This document shows, one piece after another, positions 36,830-46,615 of a DNA stretch of 64,000 nt (positions are counted from its first letter, which is position 1; each line of letters begins with the position of its first letter). The translations under genes and the position numbers were made by a program. Under the pieces are notes generated by a model that was given only the letters and a program-made list of their open reading frames with translations, made no database searches and was not told the DNA's origin. The DNA comes from a virus: IMG/VR virus record IMGVR_UViG_3300008952_000003, positions 96,001 through 160,000 of that record; one strand, 5' to 3'.

Positions 36830-39067
36830 GTGTCGATAAATATGCTCCAAGAATATACAAGAATAGCGAAATATGCCAAATATTTGTCCGAAGAGAACCG
36901 AAGGGAAACCTGGAAAGAACAGGTCTCGCGAGTCTTTGACATGCACAGGGAAGTATTCGACGACTTCCCAGACGTCATTCCATATGTAGATGAAGCTGAG
37001 GGGGCAGTTCTCAGGAAGGAGATCCTCGGGTCGCAAAGAATCCTACAGTTTGGGGGTACTCCAATCATAAAACATAATGCTAGGGTCTATAACTGTGCAT
37101 TTGGGCATATAAGCCGGACAGCGACCTTTTCCGAACTGATGTACCTCTTATTGTGTGGCTGCGGGGTAGGTTTTTCGGTTCAAAGGCATCACGTAGCGCA
37201 GCTACCACCGATCGCAAGACCAAACAAGAATCACAAAAAGATATTCGTAATTCCGGACTCAATTGAGGGCTGGGCGGATGCTATCGCCGTCCTCATGAGT
37301 AGTTATTTCGGATCTGACAAGAGATTCGATGAATATATCGGCACAAATGTTGAATTTGATTATAGCCAGATCCGCCCACAGGGGTCTAAACTAAGTTCTG
37401 GAGCAAAAGCCCCAGGCCCCGCCGGGCTCAGGCGATCAATCGGGAAAATTCGAGAAGTTTTTGAAAATAGGCTTGGGAATTGTAATCGAGTCACCGTTAG
37501 GCCTATTGACGTATATGATGTCATAATGCACTCTGCAGATGCAGTCATCTCAGGAGGAGTCCGCCGCTCAGCAACAATCGCCCTGTTCTCTCCAGATGAT
37601 GAGGACATGGCGAAAGCTAAGACAGGTAACTGGTTTTTGGAAAATCCCCAAAGAGGACGATCGAACAATAGCGCGCTCTTGATTAGGAACGAGACTTCGA
37701 AGTCTGATTTTAAGAGATTAATTAACTGGGTGAAGGAATTTGGAGAGCCAGGATTTGTATGGGCCGACAACAAGGAGATGGGATTCAATCCGTGCGTCGA
37801 AATCGGACTATACCCCATCGATGAGTCTACGGGAGAATCAGGGTGGCAATTTTGTAATTTGGCAGAGATTAATGGAAAAAAGGCATCGACTCCTGAAAAA
37901 TTTTATGATGCATGTCGCGCTGCAGCAATCATAGGCACACTCCAAGCTGCCTATACCCAGTTCCCATATCTCAGCGAAGCTACCGAAAGAATAACCAGGA
38001 GAGAGGCACTTCTTGGGGTTTCTGTTACGGGAATGATGGATAACCCAGACGTACTTTTCGACCCACAAATCCAGCGCAATGGCGCGAAAATCGTCAAAGA
38101 AATCAATAAAACCGTTGCAGACATAATTGGCATTAATGCTGCAGCAAGGACCACCTGTGTGAAACCAGCCGGCTCCACTTCTTGTATATTAGGGACTGCA
38201 TCTGGCATACACCCCCACCATGCAAAGAGATATTTTCGCAGAGTACAGGCAAACGTGCAAGAAAATCCAGTTCGACACTTTAAACAATTTAATCCACGAG
38301 CAGTAGAAAAGTCAGTGTGGGATCCAAATGGGGTGACCGAAGTTATTACTTTTCTCTGCGAGGTTCCAGTTGGGGCAAAGACGAAGAATCAAATTGATGC
38401 ATCAAGGTTGCTAGAGAGCGTCAAGCTGACTCAGCAGAATTGGGTTAGGTATGGTACGAACAGGGAACTATGCGTAAAGCCCTGGCTCTCTCACAATGTT
38501 TCCAACACTATTCACGTTAGAGAGGATGAGTGGGACGACATCACGGACTATATTTATAAAAACAGAAAATACTTTGCAGGAATCTCTCTGATCCCAAGCT
38601 CAGGAGATAAAGATTATCCACAGGCGCCCTTTTGTGCGGTTCCATACCCTTCTGACATCTTGAGAATCTACGGTCCAGGTTCTTTTTTTGCTTCTGGCAT
38701 CATTGAGGGCGCCCTTTATGCTTTTGATGATGATTTGTGGGCCGCAAGTGATTGTATTTTGGGGGTCGGCATGCCACTGCACGAGGTCGACCTTGTGAAA
38801 AGGGACTGGGCTCAGTCTGCCATTAAATTCGCAGATAGTCATTTTTCTGGCGATGTCAGGAAGATGACATATTGCCTAAAAGACATTTATAATCTCAAAC
38901 TTTGGGAGAAATTATCCCAAGAATATCGCGATGTCGACTGGACTCTCATGAGAGAGGACCGTGATAACGTAGATTTTCAACAAGATTCTGCTTGTGCTGG
39001 TGGATCATGTGAGATGCCAGCCGAGTATTTAGAAGCCATAAGAATTCACACAAATACAGGAGAGTAA
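36830..39067 (+). CDS. nrdJ: Class II (adenosylcobalamin-dependent) ribonucleotide reductase, monomeric RTPR type
   Basis: NCAF, LLLCGCGVGFS, GGVRRSA, RGRSNNS, NPCVEI, FCNLAEIN, TCVKPAGSTS, C-terminal CAGGSC. Confidence 0.9.
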   Translation: MSINMLQEYTRIAKYAKYLSEENRRETWKEQVSRVFDMHREVFDDFPDVIPYVDEAEGAVLRKEILGSQRILQFGGTPIIKHNARVYNCAFGHISRTATFSELMYLLLCGCGVGFSVQRHHVAQLPPIARPNKNHKKIFVIPDSIEGWADAIAVLMSSYFGSDKRFDEYIGTNVEFDYSQIRPQGSKLSSGAKAPGPAGLRRSIGKIREVFENRLGNCNRVTVRPIDVYDVIMHSADAVISGGVRRSATIALFSPDDEDMAKAKTGNWFLENPQRGRSNNSALLIRNETSKSDFKRLINWVKEFGEPGFVWADNKEMGFNPCVEIGLYPIDESTGESGWQFCNLAEINGKKASTPEKFYDACRAAAIIGTLQAAYTQFPYLSEATERITRREALLGVSVTGMMDNPDVLFDPQIQRNGAKIVKEINKTVADIIGINAAARTTCVKPAGSTSCILGTASGIHPHHAKRYFRRVQANVQENPVRHFKQFNPRAVEKSVWDPNGVTEVITFLCEVPVGAKTKNQIDASRLLESVKLTQQNWVRYGTNRELCVKPWLSHNVSNTIHVREDEWDDITDYIYKNRKYFAGISLIPSSGDKDYPQAPFCAVPYPSDILRIYGPGSFFASGIIEGALYAFDDDLWAASDCILGVGMPLHEVDLVKRDWAQSAIKFADSHFSGDVRKMTYCLKDIYNLKLWEKLSQEYRDVDWTLMREDRDNVDFQQDSACAGGSCEMPAEYLEAIRIHTNTGE

Positions 39068-39070
39068 AAA

Positions 39071-39340
39071 ATGTTCCAGCCATGTAATCGTTATCTGATG
39101 ATAGAGAGAGAAAGCAAGCAAGAGAGTGAAAATTTAATAACACTTCCGGAGGGCGTCTTTAAGACGGAGATCTCCCATGAAAAAGTAAGAGTTAAGGCCA
39201 TTTCAGCCGACGTTCGCCCTCCACTTTCAGCCGATCAGGAAGTGGTAGTTTTGAGCCAGATGATAGAAGAAGTGGAATTTGACAATAAAACTATCTATTT
39301 AGTATTAGAAAATTATGTATTGGGTATCGTTGGAGGATAA
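39071..39340 (+). CDS. groES: GroES-like co-chaperonin
   Basis: QPCNRYLMIER, ITLPE, V.V.AIS, YLVLENYVLGIV. Confidence 0.7.
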   Translation: MFQPCNRYLMIERESKQESENLITLPEGVFKTEISHEKVRVKAISADVRPPLSADQEVVVLSQMIEEVEFDNKTIYLVLENYVLGIVGG

Positions 39341-39346
39341 TACGAA

Positions 39347-39508
39347 ATGACTATAAGTAATAAGAGTTTTCTTATTTTGATCAAAGATCTTATTAAGGAA
39401 GAAATGGAAAAGAAGCAGACTTTATTGGAGGCCCCATACTCCAAGAAGATGGATGAAGTTTTGGTTGAAAAGCTAAACCTCATTTTTAATAAGAATAAAA
39501 ATAAATAA
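39347..39508 (+). CDS. 53-aa hypothetical protein not in the ORF track
   Basis: ATG 39347 with GGAGG SD; MTISNKSFLILIKDLIKEEMEKKQTLLE...; TCTATTTA at 39294-39301 upstream. Confidence 0.5.
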   Translation: MTISNKSFLILIKDLIKEEMEKKQTLLEAPYSKKMDEVLVEKLNLIFNKNKNK

Positions 39509-39583
39509 TTTTGAAACACAGGTGTCAATATCACCGTTGAGTTATCATCCAGAATAGACAAGCACATTTACCACCACGACAAG

Positions 39584-40438
39584 ATGGTCGTCGGCGGTGG
39601 GCTAAACGCACTGCTGTATTCTTTTTTTAGCGGGTACCCGTGTATCTACGCCAAGGAAGCTCCTCCCTTTAGATTTGATTTCGATACGAAGCTAAGAGAC
39701 TCGGAATTTTTCCAAACCAAAACAGGCAATCTTCGCGAAGTTTGGGAGAGGCTGATTATGATTCTATCCCTCGGCGGGCAGCTTCCGATGGGAGATAAGA
39801 CATATTCAATAAATATTCACGACAATCTCATCAAGGCATACACTCACGGCTCAAGGCTTGGAAGATTTAAGTTTGAAAAGTTAATAATATTCGACGACCA
39901 TCGCATGTTCGGTTTACCACCAGTCAAAAAGCAAGACATAGGAAAGTCGAGGGTTTTGGATTGGTATGATGTCAGGACTGGCATGGAGCATGAGCATGAT
40001 ATTTTCCACACCCCGGATGATTTCGTAAATAAAGTATATTTTTACCCTTCCGATAGATTTGGAAATCAAAAATCTGGTCGCGTTAGGAAGGATCTAGTCG
40101 CAGTATCTTATCTTACCGAGGATCAAATAGGAGATTTTGAATTCTCAGATACGATGGCAAAATTTAAAATTTTGAAACTTATGAAAGAAAACGGAATTAG
40201 GGGAGCCAGAAACGGCCGAGACATGAATAATCCAAACATATATCGGTATTATTCTCCAAAGATAGAATCAGTCCAGCGCCAAGTGATTTCAAATATAAGA
40301 AGTCATTATGAGAAAGATGAAAGATTCGAGTTTCGTTATGACACCCCGGCAGAGATTCTCGCAGCCTTCGAGAATCCTCCAGATACATATTCTTTTAAAA
40401 TAAGTGAGTTTTCTATTGACAAATATATAAATTCGTGA
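39584..40438 (+). CDS. Hypothetical protein with FAD/NAD-binding-like N-terminus
   Basis: (HDK)MVVGGGLNALLYS dinucleotide-binding-like motif; true start may be slightly upstream. Confidence 0.5.
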   Translation: MVVGGGLNALLYSFFSGYPCIYAKEAPPFRFDFDTKLRDSEFFQTKTGNLREVWERLIMILSLGGQLPMGDKTYSINIHDNLIKAYTHGSRLGRFKFEKLIIFDDHRMFGLPPVKKQDIGKSRVLDWYDVRTGMEHEHDIFHTPDDFVNKVYFYPSDRFGNQKSGRVRKDLVAVSYLTEDQIGDFEFSDTMAKFKILKLMKENGIRGARNGRDMNNPNIYRYYSPKIESVQRQVISNIRSHYEKDERFEFRYDTPAEILAAFENPPDTYSFKISEFSIDKYINS

Positions 40439-40444
40439 TATGAT
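40416..40444 (+). promoter_or_regulatory. Sigma70-type promoter
   Basis: TTGACA-17-TATGAT. Confidence 0.7.
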
Positions 40445-40460
40445 TTATTTATAGCTGGAG

Positions 40461-40961
40461 GTGAGTTTGAGAAAGTTTGGAAATTTTATAAGTAATATAT
40501 TTGCTTTTCGATCCGCTAAGAAAACTGATATTTTGTTGTCCATATTTCTGGCCCTGATAGTCGGAACAGTATCTACAAAGTTAGTTAATTTCTTGATTCG
40601 CCAAATGCCAGACAAGGTTCCAGAGGGACTTGAGTTAACGAACGAAATATTGAGAAGCGCAGATGGGTATTTGTTATTGTCGTTTTTATTCGGGGTTTGT
40701 ATCTTCGCCCCGGTTGTAGAAGAGGTGATCTTTAGAGGTATCCTGTGGTGGCCAATTGAGAAGCTTTTCTCAAGCAATGTTGCACTGATTGTGACTTCCG
40801 TATTATTTTCGTTGGCTCATGCAGACCTCTTGCATATAATCGCAGTGTTCCCATTGGGAGTTCTTTTTGGTATCTTAAGGAAGAGGACAGGGAGTATTTG
40901 GCCTTCGATAATCGCCCACGCCGCGAATAATACGATGGCCTCTATAAGTTTAATTTTTTAA
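40461..40961 (+). CDS. CPBP / CAAX-protease-like intramembrane glutamic endopeptidase (Abi family)
   Basis: APVVEEVIFRG, FSLAH, HAANN motifs; multiple TM helices. Confidence 0.88.
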   Translation: MSLRKFGNFISNIFAFRSAKKTDILLSIFLALIVGTVSTKLVNFLIRQMPDKVPEGLELTNEILRSADGYLLLSFLFGVCIFAPVVEEVIFRGILWWPIEKLFSSNVALIVTSVLFSLAHADLLHIIAVFPLGVLFGILRKRTGSIWPSIIAHAANNTMASISLIF

Positions 40962-40971
40962 ATGAAAAGGT

Positions 40972-40979
40972 ACTATTTA
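40972..40979 (+). promoter_or_regulatory. Putative late promoter motif ACTATTTA
   Basis: 5 nt upstream of GTG 40985. Confidence 0.5.
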
Positions 40980-40984
40980 GTAAT

Positions 40985-41185
40985 GTGGGACACCTTAAAG
41001 ACATCAATGAAACATATCTTGAGCACTTTCGCCATGCGTTTGAGATCGGGTCTGTTTTGCTTTTATCTTCTTTCTCCCAGCTTTTTCATTCTATTATTCC
41101 TGATTTTCATCCTCCTTATGGATCTGATGTTGAGTCATTGATCAGGTTTCTGGAGTCGAAAAAGGCAGGAAACCGCCATGATTAA
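40985..41185 (+). CDS. DUF6356-like small protein
   Basis: HL..INETY.EHF..A.......L......HS.IP pattern. Confidence 0.55.
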   Translation: MGHLKDINETYLEHFRHAFEIGSVLLLSSFSQLFHSIIPDFHPPYGSDVESLIRFLESKKAGNRHD

Positions 41186-41525
41186 AAAACCAATTATAGT
41201 AAGAAATAGCAAAATCCCAGCTTTATTGAGTTGGGTAATCAAAATATATGCAATCACATTATTTCCATTTGTTTTTATTCGAGACCACGGAGACGAGGTT
41301 ACGATTACTCACGAAACAATCCACCATCATCAGTACTTGGAAACTCTCATTATAGGTTTCCCGATCATTTATCTTGCCGATTGGCTCGTTGGCCTCATAA
41401 AGTACCGTGATTCAGAGAAAGCATATTGCCAGATTCGATTTGAACAAGAAGCGTACAACAATGATCTTTACGAGGATTATCTAGAAAAAAGAAAGTTGTT
41501 TTCTTGGTTGAAATATAAAATTTAA
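41178..41525 (+). CDS. Hypothetical membrane-associated protein with HExxH motif
   Basis: AITLFPFVFIR, HETIH..Q..E, AY..IRFEQEAY. Confidence 0.6.
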   Translation: MIKKPIIVRNSKIPALLSWVIKIYAITLFPFVFIRDHGDEVTITHETIHHHQYLETLIIGFPIIYLADWLVGLIKYRDSEKAYCQIRFEQEAYNNDLYEDYLEKRKLFSWLKYKI

Positions 41526-41544
41526 TTTACACAAGAGGTGAGAA

Positions 41545-42063
41545 ATGATTAAAAAGACTTTAGCTTCCCTAGCGTTGCTGACTGTTTTAGTTAGTGATTC
41601 TAGTGCTGCGGACAAATCCCATTCTTTGGGTTTTGCTGCTGGATCAACATATGGGATTGGATTATCTTATTCCCACGATTGGGACAAGAATGGGATACAA
41701 GTCACAGCGCTTCCATACTGGAATAACGACAAAGGAATGATTGCAAGTGGCATAAACTTTAAGAGAAATTTTGATGAGAATGGAAAAATCGGTATCTATG
41801 GGAGTTTTGGCCTCGCTGCTTCCGTGCAAAAGGAAACCTACACCGAGTGCCGCTGGGATGATGTCCTAGAGGAAGAAGTTTGCGAACCACCAGTTGTCGA
41901 AATAAGTCACAATTATGCAACTGGCCCAGGCGTAGGTATGCAGTTTTATTTTTGGCAAAATGGAGTTTTTCGATTCGAACTGCCAATCGCAGTTAGGTTT
42001 GGTACCAATGGCTTCGGAATCTTGCCAATTCCAAACGTGGCCCTGATGTATCGATGGCAGTAA
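41545..42063 (+). CDS. Secreted outer-membrane beta-barrel-like protein
   Basis: Signal peptide ending SSAA, alternating Gly/aromatic beta-strands, C-terminal ALMYRWQ. Confidence 0.55.
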   Translation: MIKKTLASLALLTVLVSDSSAADKSHSLGFAAGSTYGIGLSYSHDWDKNGIQVTALPYWNNDKGMIASGINFKRNFDENGKIGIYGSFGLAASVQKETYTECRWDDVLEEEVCEPPVVEISHNYATGPGVGMQFYFWQNGVFRFELPIAVRFGTNGFGILPIPNVALMYRWQ

Positions 42064-42064
42064 A

Positions 42065-42955
42065 TTGCCTTCTTACCACTTGTCTGGAATAGTTCCGGTT
42101 GCTGGCCAGCCATTAGATTTCAAGATGGACTGGCACGACTCTATGATGCCCATCGCTCCGGATTATTTAGCGGTCGAGCGCGCTGTATATGAGTGTGCTT
42201 GGGCAGGCTGCGAAACTATTTGGATTGTGTGCAATGATGACATGTCGCCCCTGATTCGTCACCGAATTGGAGAATGGGTGCAGGACCCTGTTTGGATTGG
42301 GAGAAGACTCGATCCTTATCCATCCCAAACAAGAAAACAAATTCCAATATTTTACGTGCCAGTCCGCGCAAAGGATATTGGAAAGAGAGACTGCTTGGCT
42401 TGGAGTATATTGCATGGCGCAGTCACGGCTTTTGAAATTTCTGCTCGATTGAGCAAGTGGGTGATACCAACAAGAAATTATGTTGCTTTCCCATACGGTG
42501 TCTACGACCCAGAGATCCTCCGAGAATACAGAAAAAACATCTCCAGCGCCAGACCATTCATGTTAGCTCGTAATGGCAAGACCGTTCAGGATGGAGAATA
42601 TCTTGGTTTTACCTTTGATAAGGACGATTTTGTGTCATCGCGCCGAAAGATTCGCGAGGGCACCGGGAAATATAATTCTAAAGTCCTAGAAGACGGTCTA
42701 TATCCCAGGGAGAAGCTGCCAAAAGAAGAAAGATACTCTGCGCGCTATTTTTCCCTTGACAAAATTTTTAAATCTGTTATAATAGATATAGAAAACAAAG
42801 TAGAAGTCCCATGGTATTATAACATAGATTCTTGGGACGGATACTGTAGCTATTTGGGATCAGAAGAGCGAAAGCTGGTTGAAAGACCTCACCCAATCTT
42901 TATGAAATACCACGAATGGAATGAAATAGGAGTTGATGATGAAACTAATGAGTAA
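42065..42955 (+). CDS. Nucleotidyltransferase-like protein (NTP_transferase fold, divergent)
   Basis: GIVPVAG......W...MMPI......ERAVYEC..AGCETIWIV; W.NIDSW.GY near the C-terminus. Confidence 0.6.
   Translation: MPSYHLSGIVPVAGQPLDFKMDWHDSMMPIAPDYLAVERAVYECAWAGCETIWIVCNDDMSPLIRHRIGEWVQDPVWIGRRLDPYPSQTRKQIPIFYVPVRAKDIGKRDCLAWSILHGAVTAFEISARLSKWVIPTRNYVAFPYGVYDPEILREYRKNISSARPFMLARNGKTVQDGEYLGFTFDKDDFVSSRRKIREGTGKYNSKVLEDGLYPREKLPKEERYSARYFSLDKIFKSVIIDIENKVEVPWYYNIDSWDGYCSYLGSEERKLVERPHPIFMKYHEWNEIGVDDETNE
42756..42783 (+). promoter_or_regulatory. Sigma70-type promoter upstream of dnaE, inside the NTP-transferase CDS
   Basis: TTGACA-16-TATAAT with extended TG. Confidence 0.7.
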
Positions 42956-43124
42956 CACAAAAAAGCAGTTAGTGATTTTGCTAGAGGGGCACCAACACAA
43001 GTTGTCTGTCATTCAGAGATCCGCAGGACGCTTGCGAAAGGAGATTTTTGATTTGAATCTCGATGCAGAAACACGCAATAAGATTGTCGCCAAAATTGAT
43101 AAACATATTGACAACCTTGTCTAG
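42939..43124 (+). CDS. Small hypothetical protein
   Basis: AGGAG SD; fills the gap before dnaE. Confidence 0.45.
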   Translation: MKLMSNTKKQLVILLEGHQHKLSVIQRSAGRLRKEIFDLNLDAETRNKIVAKIDKHIDNLV

Positions 43125-43133
43125 GGGACACAA

Positions 43134-46100
43134 ATGAAGAGAAAAAGTAGTAGCATCCCCTTTGTTGGGTTGCACGCTCATTCCGTCGCCGGAAGCATCT
43201 TTGATGCCCTTGGGTATCCACAAGAGCACATGGATTTCGCTTTCGAGAATGGTATGAGCGCCCTGGCCCTCACCGACCATGGGAACATGAATGGTCTCCC
43301 CCACCAGGTTCTCCACGCGAAGAAGATGAGAGAGGGTGGTAGGGAGTTTAAGCCCATTTTTGGAATTGAGGCATATTTCATCCCCTCTTTAGACGAGTGG
43401 AGGGAGGATTACGACGCGGCCAAAGAAGATAAAAAGAGGCGCAAGACATTAAGTAAAGATGTAACAGCGACGACCGTCGAAGATGAAGACGCATCTAAAA
43501 AGGCCGTCAGAAACGTCTTGAATCGCCGACGACACCTTATCCTGCTCGCCCAGAATCAAGAGGGCTTGAATAACCTTTTCGCAATGATTTCAGAATCGTT
43601 TGGTCCGAACAATTATTATCGCTACCCGCGCGTTGATTATAAAACTCTAAAAAAGTATTCTGAGGGCGTCATAGGCGCGTCTGCTTGCCTTGGTGGGGTA
43701 TATGCCGGTAATTACTGGGAGAACCGCGAGAATGGGGAAGAATCGGTCCTGGAGGCCATGCGTGAAACGACAAAACAAATGGTCGATATTTTCGGAGATC
43801 GGTGGTATGGAGAACTTCAGTGGAATAATATTGAAGAGCAGCACGTACTGAATAAGTATATTATCAAAATGCACGAAGAGTTTGGAATTAAATTGATTTC
43901 CACTTCCGATTCGCACTACCCAAATCCGAAGGCATGGAAAGATCGCGAGCTTTATCGAAAGCTCGGTTGGCTGGGAAAGCCACGACCAGGATATGAGTCT
44001 GCCGAACTTCCGGCTGGAGTAGAAGAGATCGGATATGAACTTTATCCACGGAATGGGGATCAGATGTGGGAAGCATACAAGAAATACTCCGAGGAGTGCG
44101 GAGTGGAGTATGATGATGACCTGATTCTAAAATCGATAACTGAAACTCACGATATCGCTCATCAGCGCATCGAAGATTTTATGCCAGATAATACCGTGCG
44201 TCTTCCTGACTTTGTTATCCCACCTGGCGAAACAGCAGATTCTGCATTGCAGAAGTTTTGCTTTGAGGGGCTCCGAAGCCTCGGCCTTCATACCAAGGAG
44301 GAATATACCGATCGATTACGCATGGAGCTTGGGGTCATTTCTGATCGAGGCTTCTCTAAGTATTTTCTGACAATGAACCAGATTAGTCAAAAGGCTAATG
44401 AGGTAATGCTCACCGGCCCTGGTCGCGGTTCGGCTGCTGGATCTCTCGTTGCGTATGTGTTGAATATCACACAAGTCGATCCTCTAAAATATGGGCTGCA
44501 GTTTTCCCGCTTTATGCGAGCAGACGCAACCGACTATCCAGATATTGACTATGATGTAGCTGATAGCATGGGCCTGAAAGAGATGTTAATCAATGATTGG
44601 GGGGAGGATAAGGTGGCTCCAATTTCAAACTGGAACACACTGCAGCTTAAAAGCCTCATTAAGGACATTTCAAAATTCTATGGCATACCCTTTAAAGAGG
44701 TCAATGACGTCACTTCTGTTATGATGGTGGAGGCTATTGGCCCCGCTAAACTGAAGCACGGAATCAAGACGGGAATTTATAATCCCACTTTTGAAGAAGT
44801 CATGGAATTTAGCGAGACTCTTAGGGGATTCTTGGCTCGCTATCCGCATGTCAAGACACACGTTGAAGTTCTTTATGGTCAGGTCCGATCGTGTTCCCGG
44901 CATGCCGGCGGAGTCGTCGTAGGGGAAGACCTAAACTCCAGAATGCCACTTATCAATTCTGGAGGAGTTCGTCAAACTCCCTGGTCTGAAGGTCAAAACG
45001 TCCGACATCTTGAGCCGATGGGATTTATCAAGTTTGATGTTCTTGGGCTCTCAACTCTCAAGATGATTGATGGCGCTATCTATCACATTCTTCGAAGGCA
45101 TCACGGAATCGAAAATCCAACATTCGAGGACATCAAAGATTTTTATAATAAAAACCTCCATCCAGATGTAATCGACTTTGATGATCAGGAGGTTTACAAG
45201 AATATATTTCATGCTGGAAAGTGGGCGGGAGTATTTCAATTTACTGAAGTGGGAGCCCAGAGATTCTGCCAACAGGCGAAACCAGCAAATCTGATCGACC
45301 TAGCGGCAATAACCTCCATTTATCGACCAGGCCCACTAGGAGCTAATGTACACAATGATTATGTGGAGGCCAGAGAGAACGCTCATCGACTCAAGTTTAT
45401 TAATGACGAACATCGAGAAGTTACAGAAGAAACGTTCGGGTTTCTAATCTTTCAGGAGCAGATTGCTGAGCTTGCTCATAGGTTGGGGAAAGGTCTCTCT
45501 CTAGATGAGGGCAATGCATTGCGAAAAGTCTTGACCAAGAAGGGCACAGGCAAGGAAGCGAAAGTAAAAAAAGCTCTTCACTCAAAATTTGTAAATGGCT
45601 GTACGGAAAAGGGGATCCAAAGGGCAACTGCGGAAAGGCTATGGGAGACTTTCGAGTATTTCTCCGGATACGGCTTCAATAAGTCTCACGCAGTTTCATA
45701 TTGCATTTTGTCTTTCCAGTGTGCGTGGCTATTGAACTATTATCAAGTTGAGTGGCTCGCAGCATTCCTGGACAAGGAGCCGGAAACTAGAAAAGAGCGC
45801 GCCATTAATGTAGCAAAATCTTTCGGCCTCGGCATTAAGAGTTTAGATGTAAATTCTTCTGGTCGAGTTTGGGAGATTTCTGAAGATGGCAAAATGCTAA
45901 TTCAGCCACTATCTTCGATCAAGGGCTTGGGAGACGCAGCAATAGATCAAATTGTTGGAAATAGGCCATTCGAAAATATCGAAGCTTTCTTGTTCAATGA
46001 AAAGATCATTTATTCAAAACTTAATAAAAAGAGCCTGGATGTTCTTTGCAGGAGCGGAGCCCTGCAGGGACTAGCTGATGAACGCTTCACTGGTGGAAAA

Positions 46101-46565
46101 CACTTCTGGACCGCCATATGTATTGATCGACCACGAAAGGAAAAACACCTAGCTGAGAATATAAAAGAGTACGCTCCAGAGGGAGATTTTTCTGACGAGG
46201 AGAAGATCGGGTATCTAGTTGAGCTAACTGGGGTATTTCCTTTCAACAAGGTCATGAAACCAGAAATATATAAACAATTAAATGAAGCATTTATTCCGCC
46301 CATCGCGAATTACGATCCAGAGCTTTGCGAAGTGGTGTGGTTTATTCCCCGAACAGTGACAACGAAGAGGACAAAAAATGGAAAGCCGTATTGGATTCTT
46401 GAAGTTGTCGATGATACGAACACCCTAACTCGCATTCGATGTTGGGGAGTACAGCAGTATGATAGGATCCACATCAATAAGCCATACATGGCAAAATTAG
46501 AGTATAACGAGAAGTGGGGATTTTCAACCAGAAGTCTCCGAAGAAATTTTAGGATTTTAGCTTGA
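43134..46565 (+). CDS. dnaE: DNA polymerase III alpha subunit (family C)
   Basis: PHP domain LHAHS/TDHG/DSHY, GRGSAAGS, PDIDYD, HAGGVV, KFDVLGL, FQEQ, YGFNKSHA; no intein. Confidence 0.96.
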   Translation: MKRKSSSIPFVGLHAHSVAGSIFDALGYPQEHMDFAFENGMSALALTDHGNMNGLPHQVLHAKKMREGGREFKPIFGIEAYFIPSLDEWREDYDAAKEDKKRRKTLSKDVTATTVEDEDASKKAVRNVLNRRRHLILLAQNQEGLNNLFAMISESFGPNNYYRYPRVDYKTLKKYSEGVIGASACLGGVYAGNYWENRENGEESVLEAMRETTKQMVDIFGDRWYGELQWNNIEEQHVLNKYIIKMHEEFGIKLISTSDSHYPNPKAWKDRELYRKLGWLGKPRPGYESAELPAGVEEIGYELYPRNGDQMWEAYKKYSEECGVEYDDDLILKSITETHDIAHQRIEDFMPDNTVRLPDFVIPPGETADSALQKFCFEGLRSLGLHTKEEYTDRLRMELGVISDRGFSKYFLTMNQISQKANEVMLTGPGRGSAAGSLVAYVLNITQVDPLKYGLQFSRFMRADATDYPDIDYDVADSMGLKEMLINDWGEDKVAPISNWNTLQLKSLIKDISKFYGIPFKEVNDVTSVMMVEAIGPAKLKHGIKTGIYNPTFEEVMEFSETLRGFLARYPHVKTHVEVLYGQVRSCSRHAGGVVVGEDLNSRMPLINSGGVRQTPWSEGQNVRHLEPMGFIKFDVLGLSTLKMIDGAIYHILRRHHGIENPTFEDIKDFYNKNLHPDVIDFDDQEVYKNIFHAGKWAGVFQFTEVGAQRFCQQAKPANLIDLAAITSIYRPGPLGANVHNDYVEARENAHRLKFINDEHREVTEETFGFLIFQEQIAELAHRLGKGLSLDEGNALRKVLTKKGTGKEAKVKKALHSKFVNGCTEKGIQRATAERLWETFEYFSGYGFNKSHAVSYCILSFQCAWLLNYYQVEWLAAFLDKEPETRKERAINVAKSFGLGIKSLDVNSSGRVWEISEDGKMLIQPLSSIKGLGDAAIDQIVGNRPFENIEAFLFNEKIIYSKLNKKSLDVLCRSGALQGLADERFTGGKHFWTAICIDRPRKEKHLAENIKEYAPEGDFSDEEKIGYLVELTGVFPFNKVMKPEIYKQLNEAFIPPIANYDPELCEVVWFIPRTVTTKRTKNGKPYWILEVVDDTNTLTRIRCWGVQQYDRIHINKPYMAKLEYNEKWGFSTRSLRRNFRILA

Positions 46566-46590
46566 CACGAGAAGGAATGTGTGCTATATT
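46562..46590 (+). promoter_or_regulatory. Sigma70-type promoter
   Basis: TTGACA-17-TATATT with extended TG. Confidence 0.85.
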
Positions 46591-46615
46591 GATAGAGTAG
46601 GCAGAGGAGAATACT

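Noticed and set aside
40983-41141. Alternative hydrophobic ORF from ATG 40983
   Set aside because: The overlapping GTG 40985 frame has a recognisable DUF6356-like pattern and couples to the next gene.
32323-46565. Inteins or introns in RecA, DnaB, RNR and DnaE
   Set aside because: Lengths are normal and motifs contiguous; no C/S...HN splice signatures or homing nuclease insertions seen.
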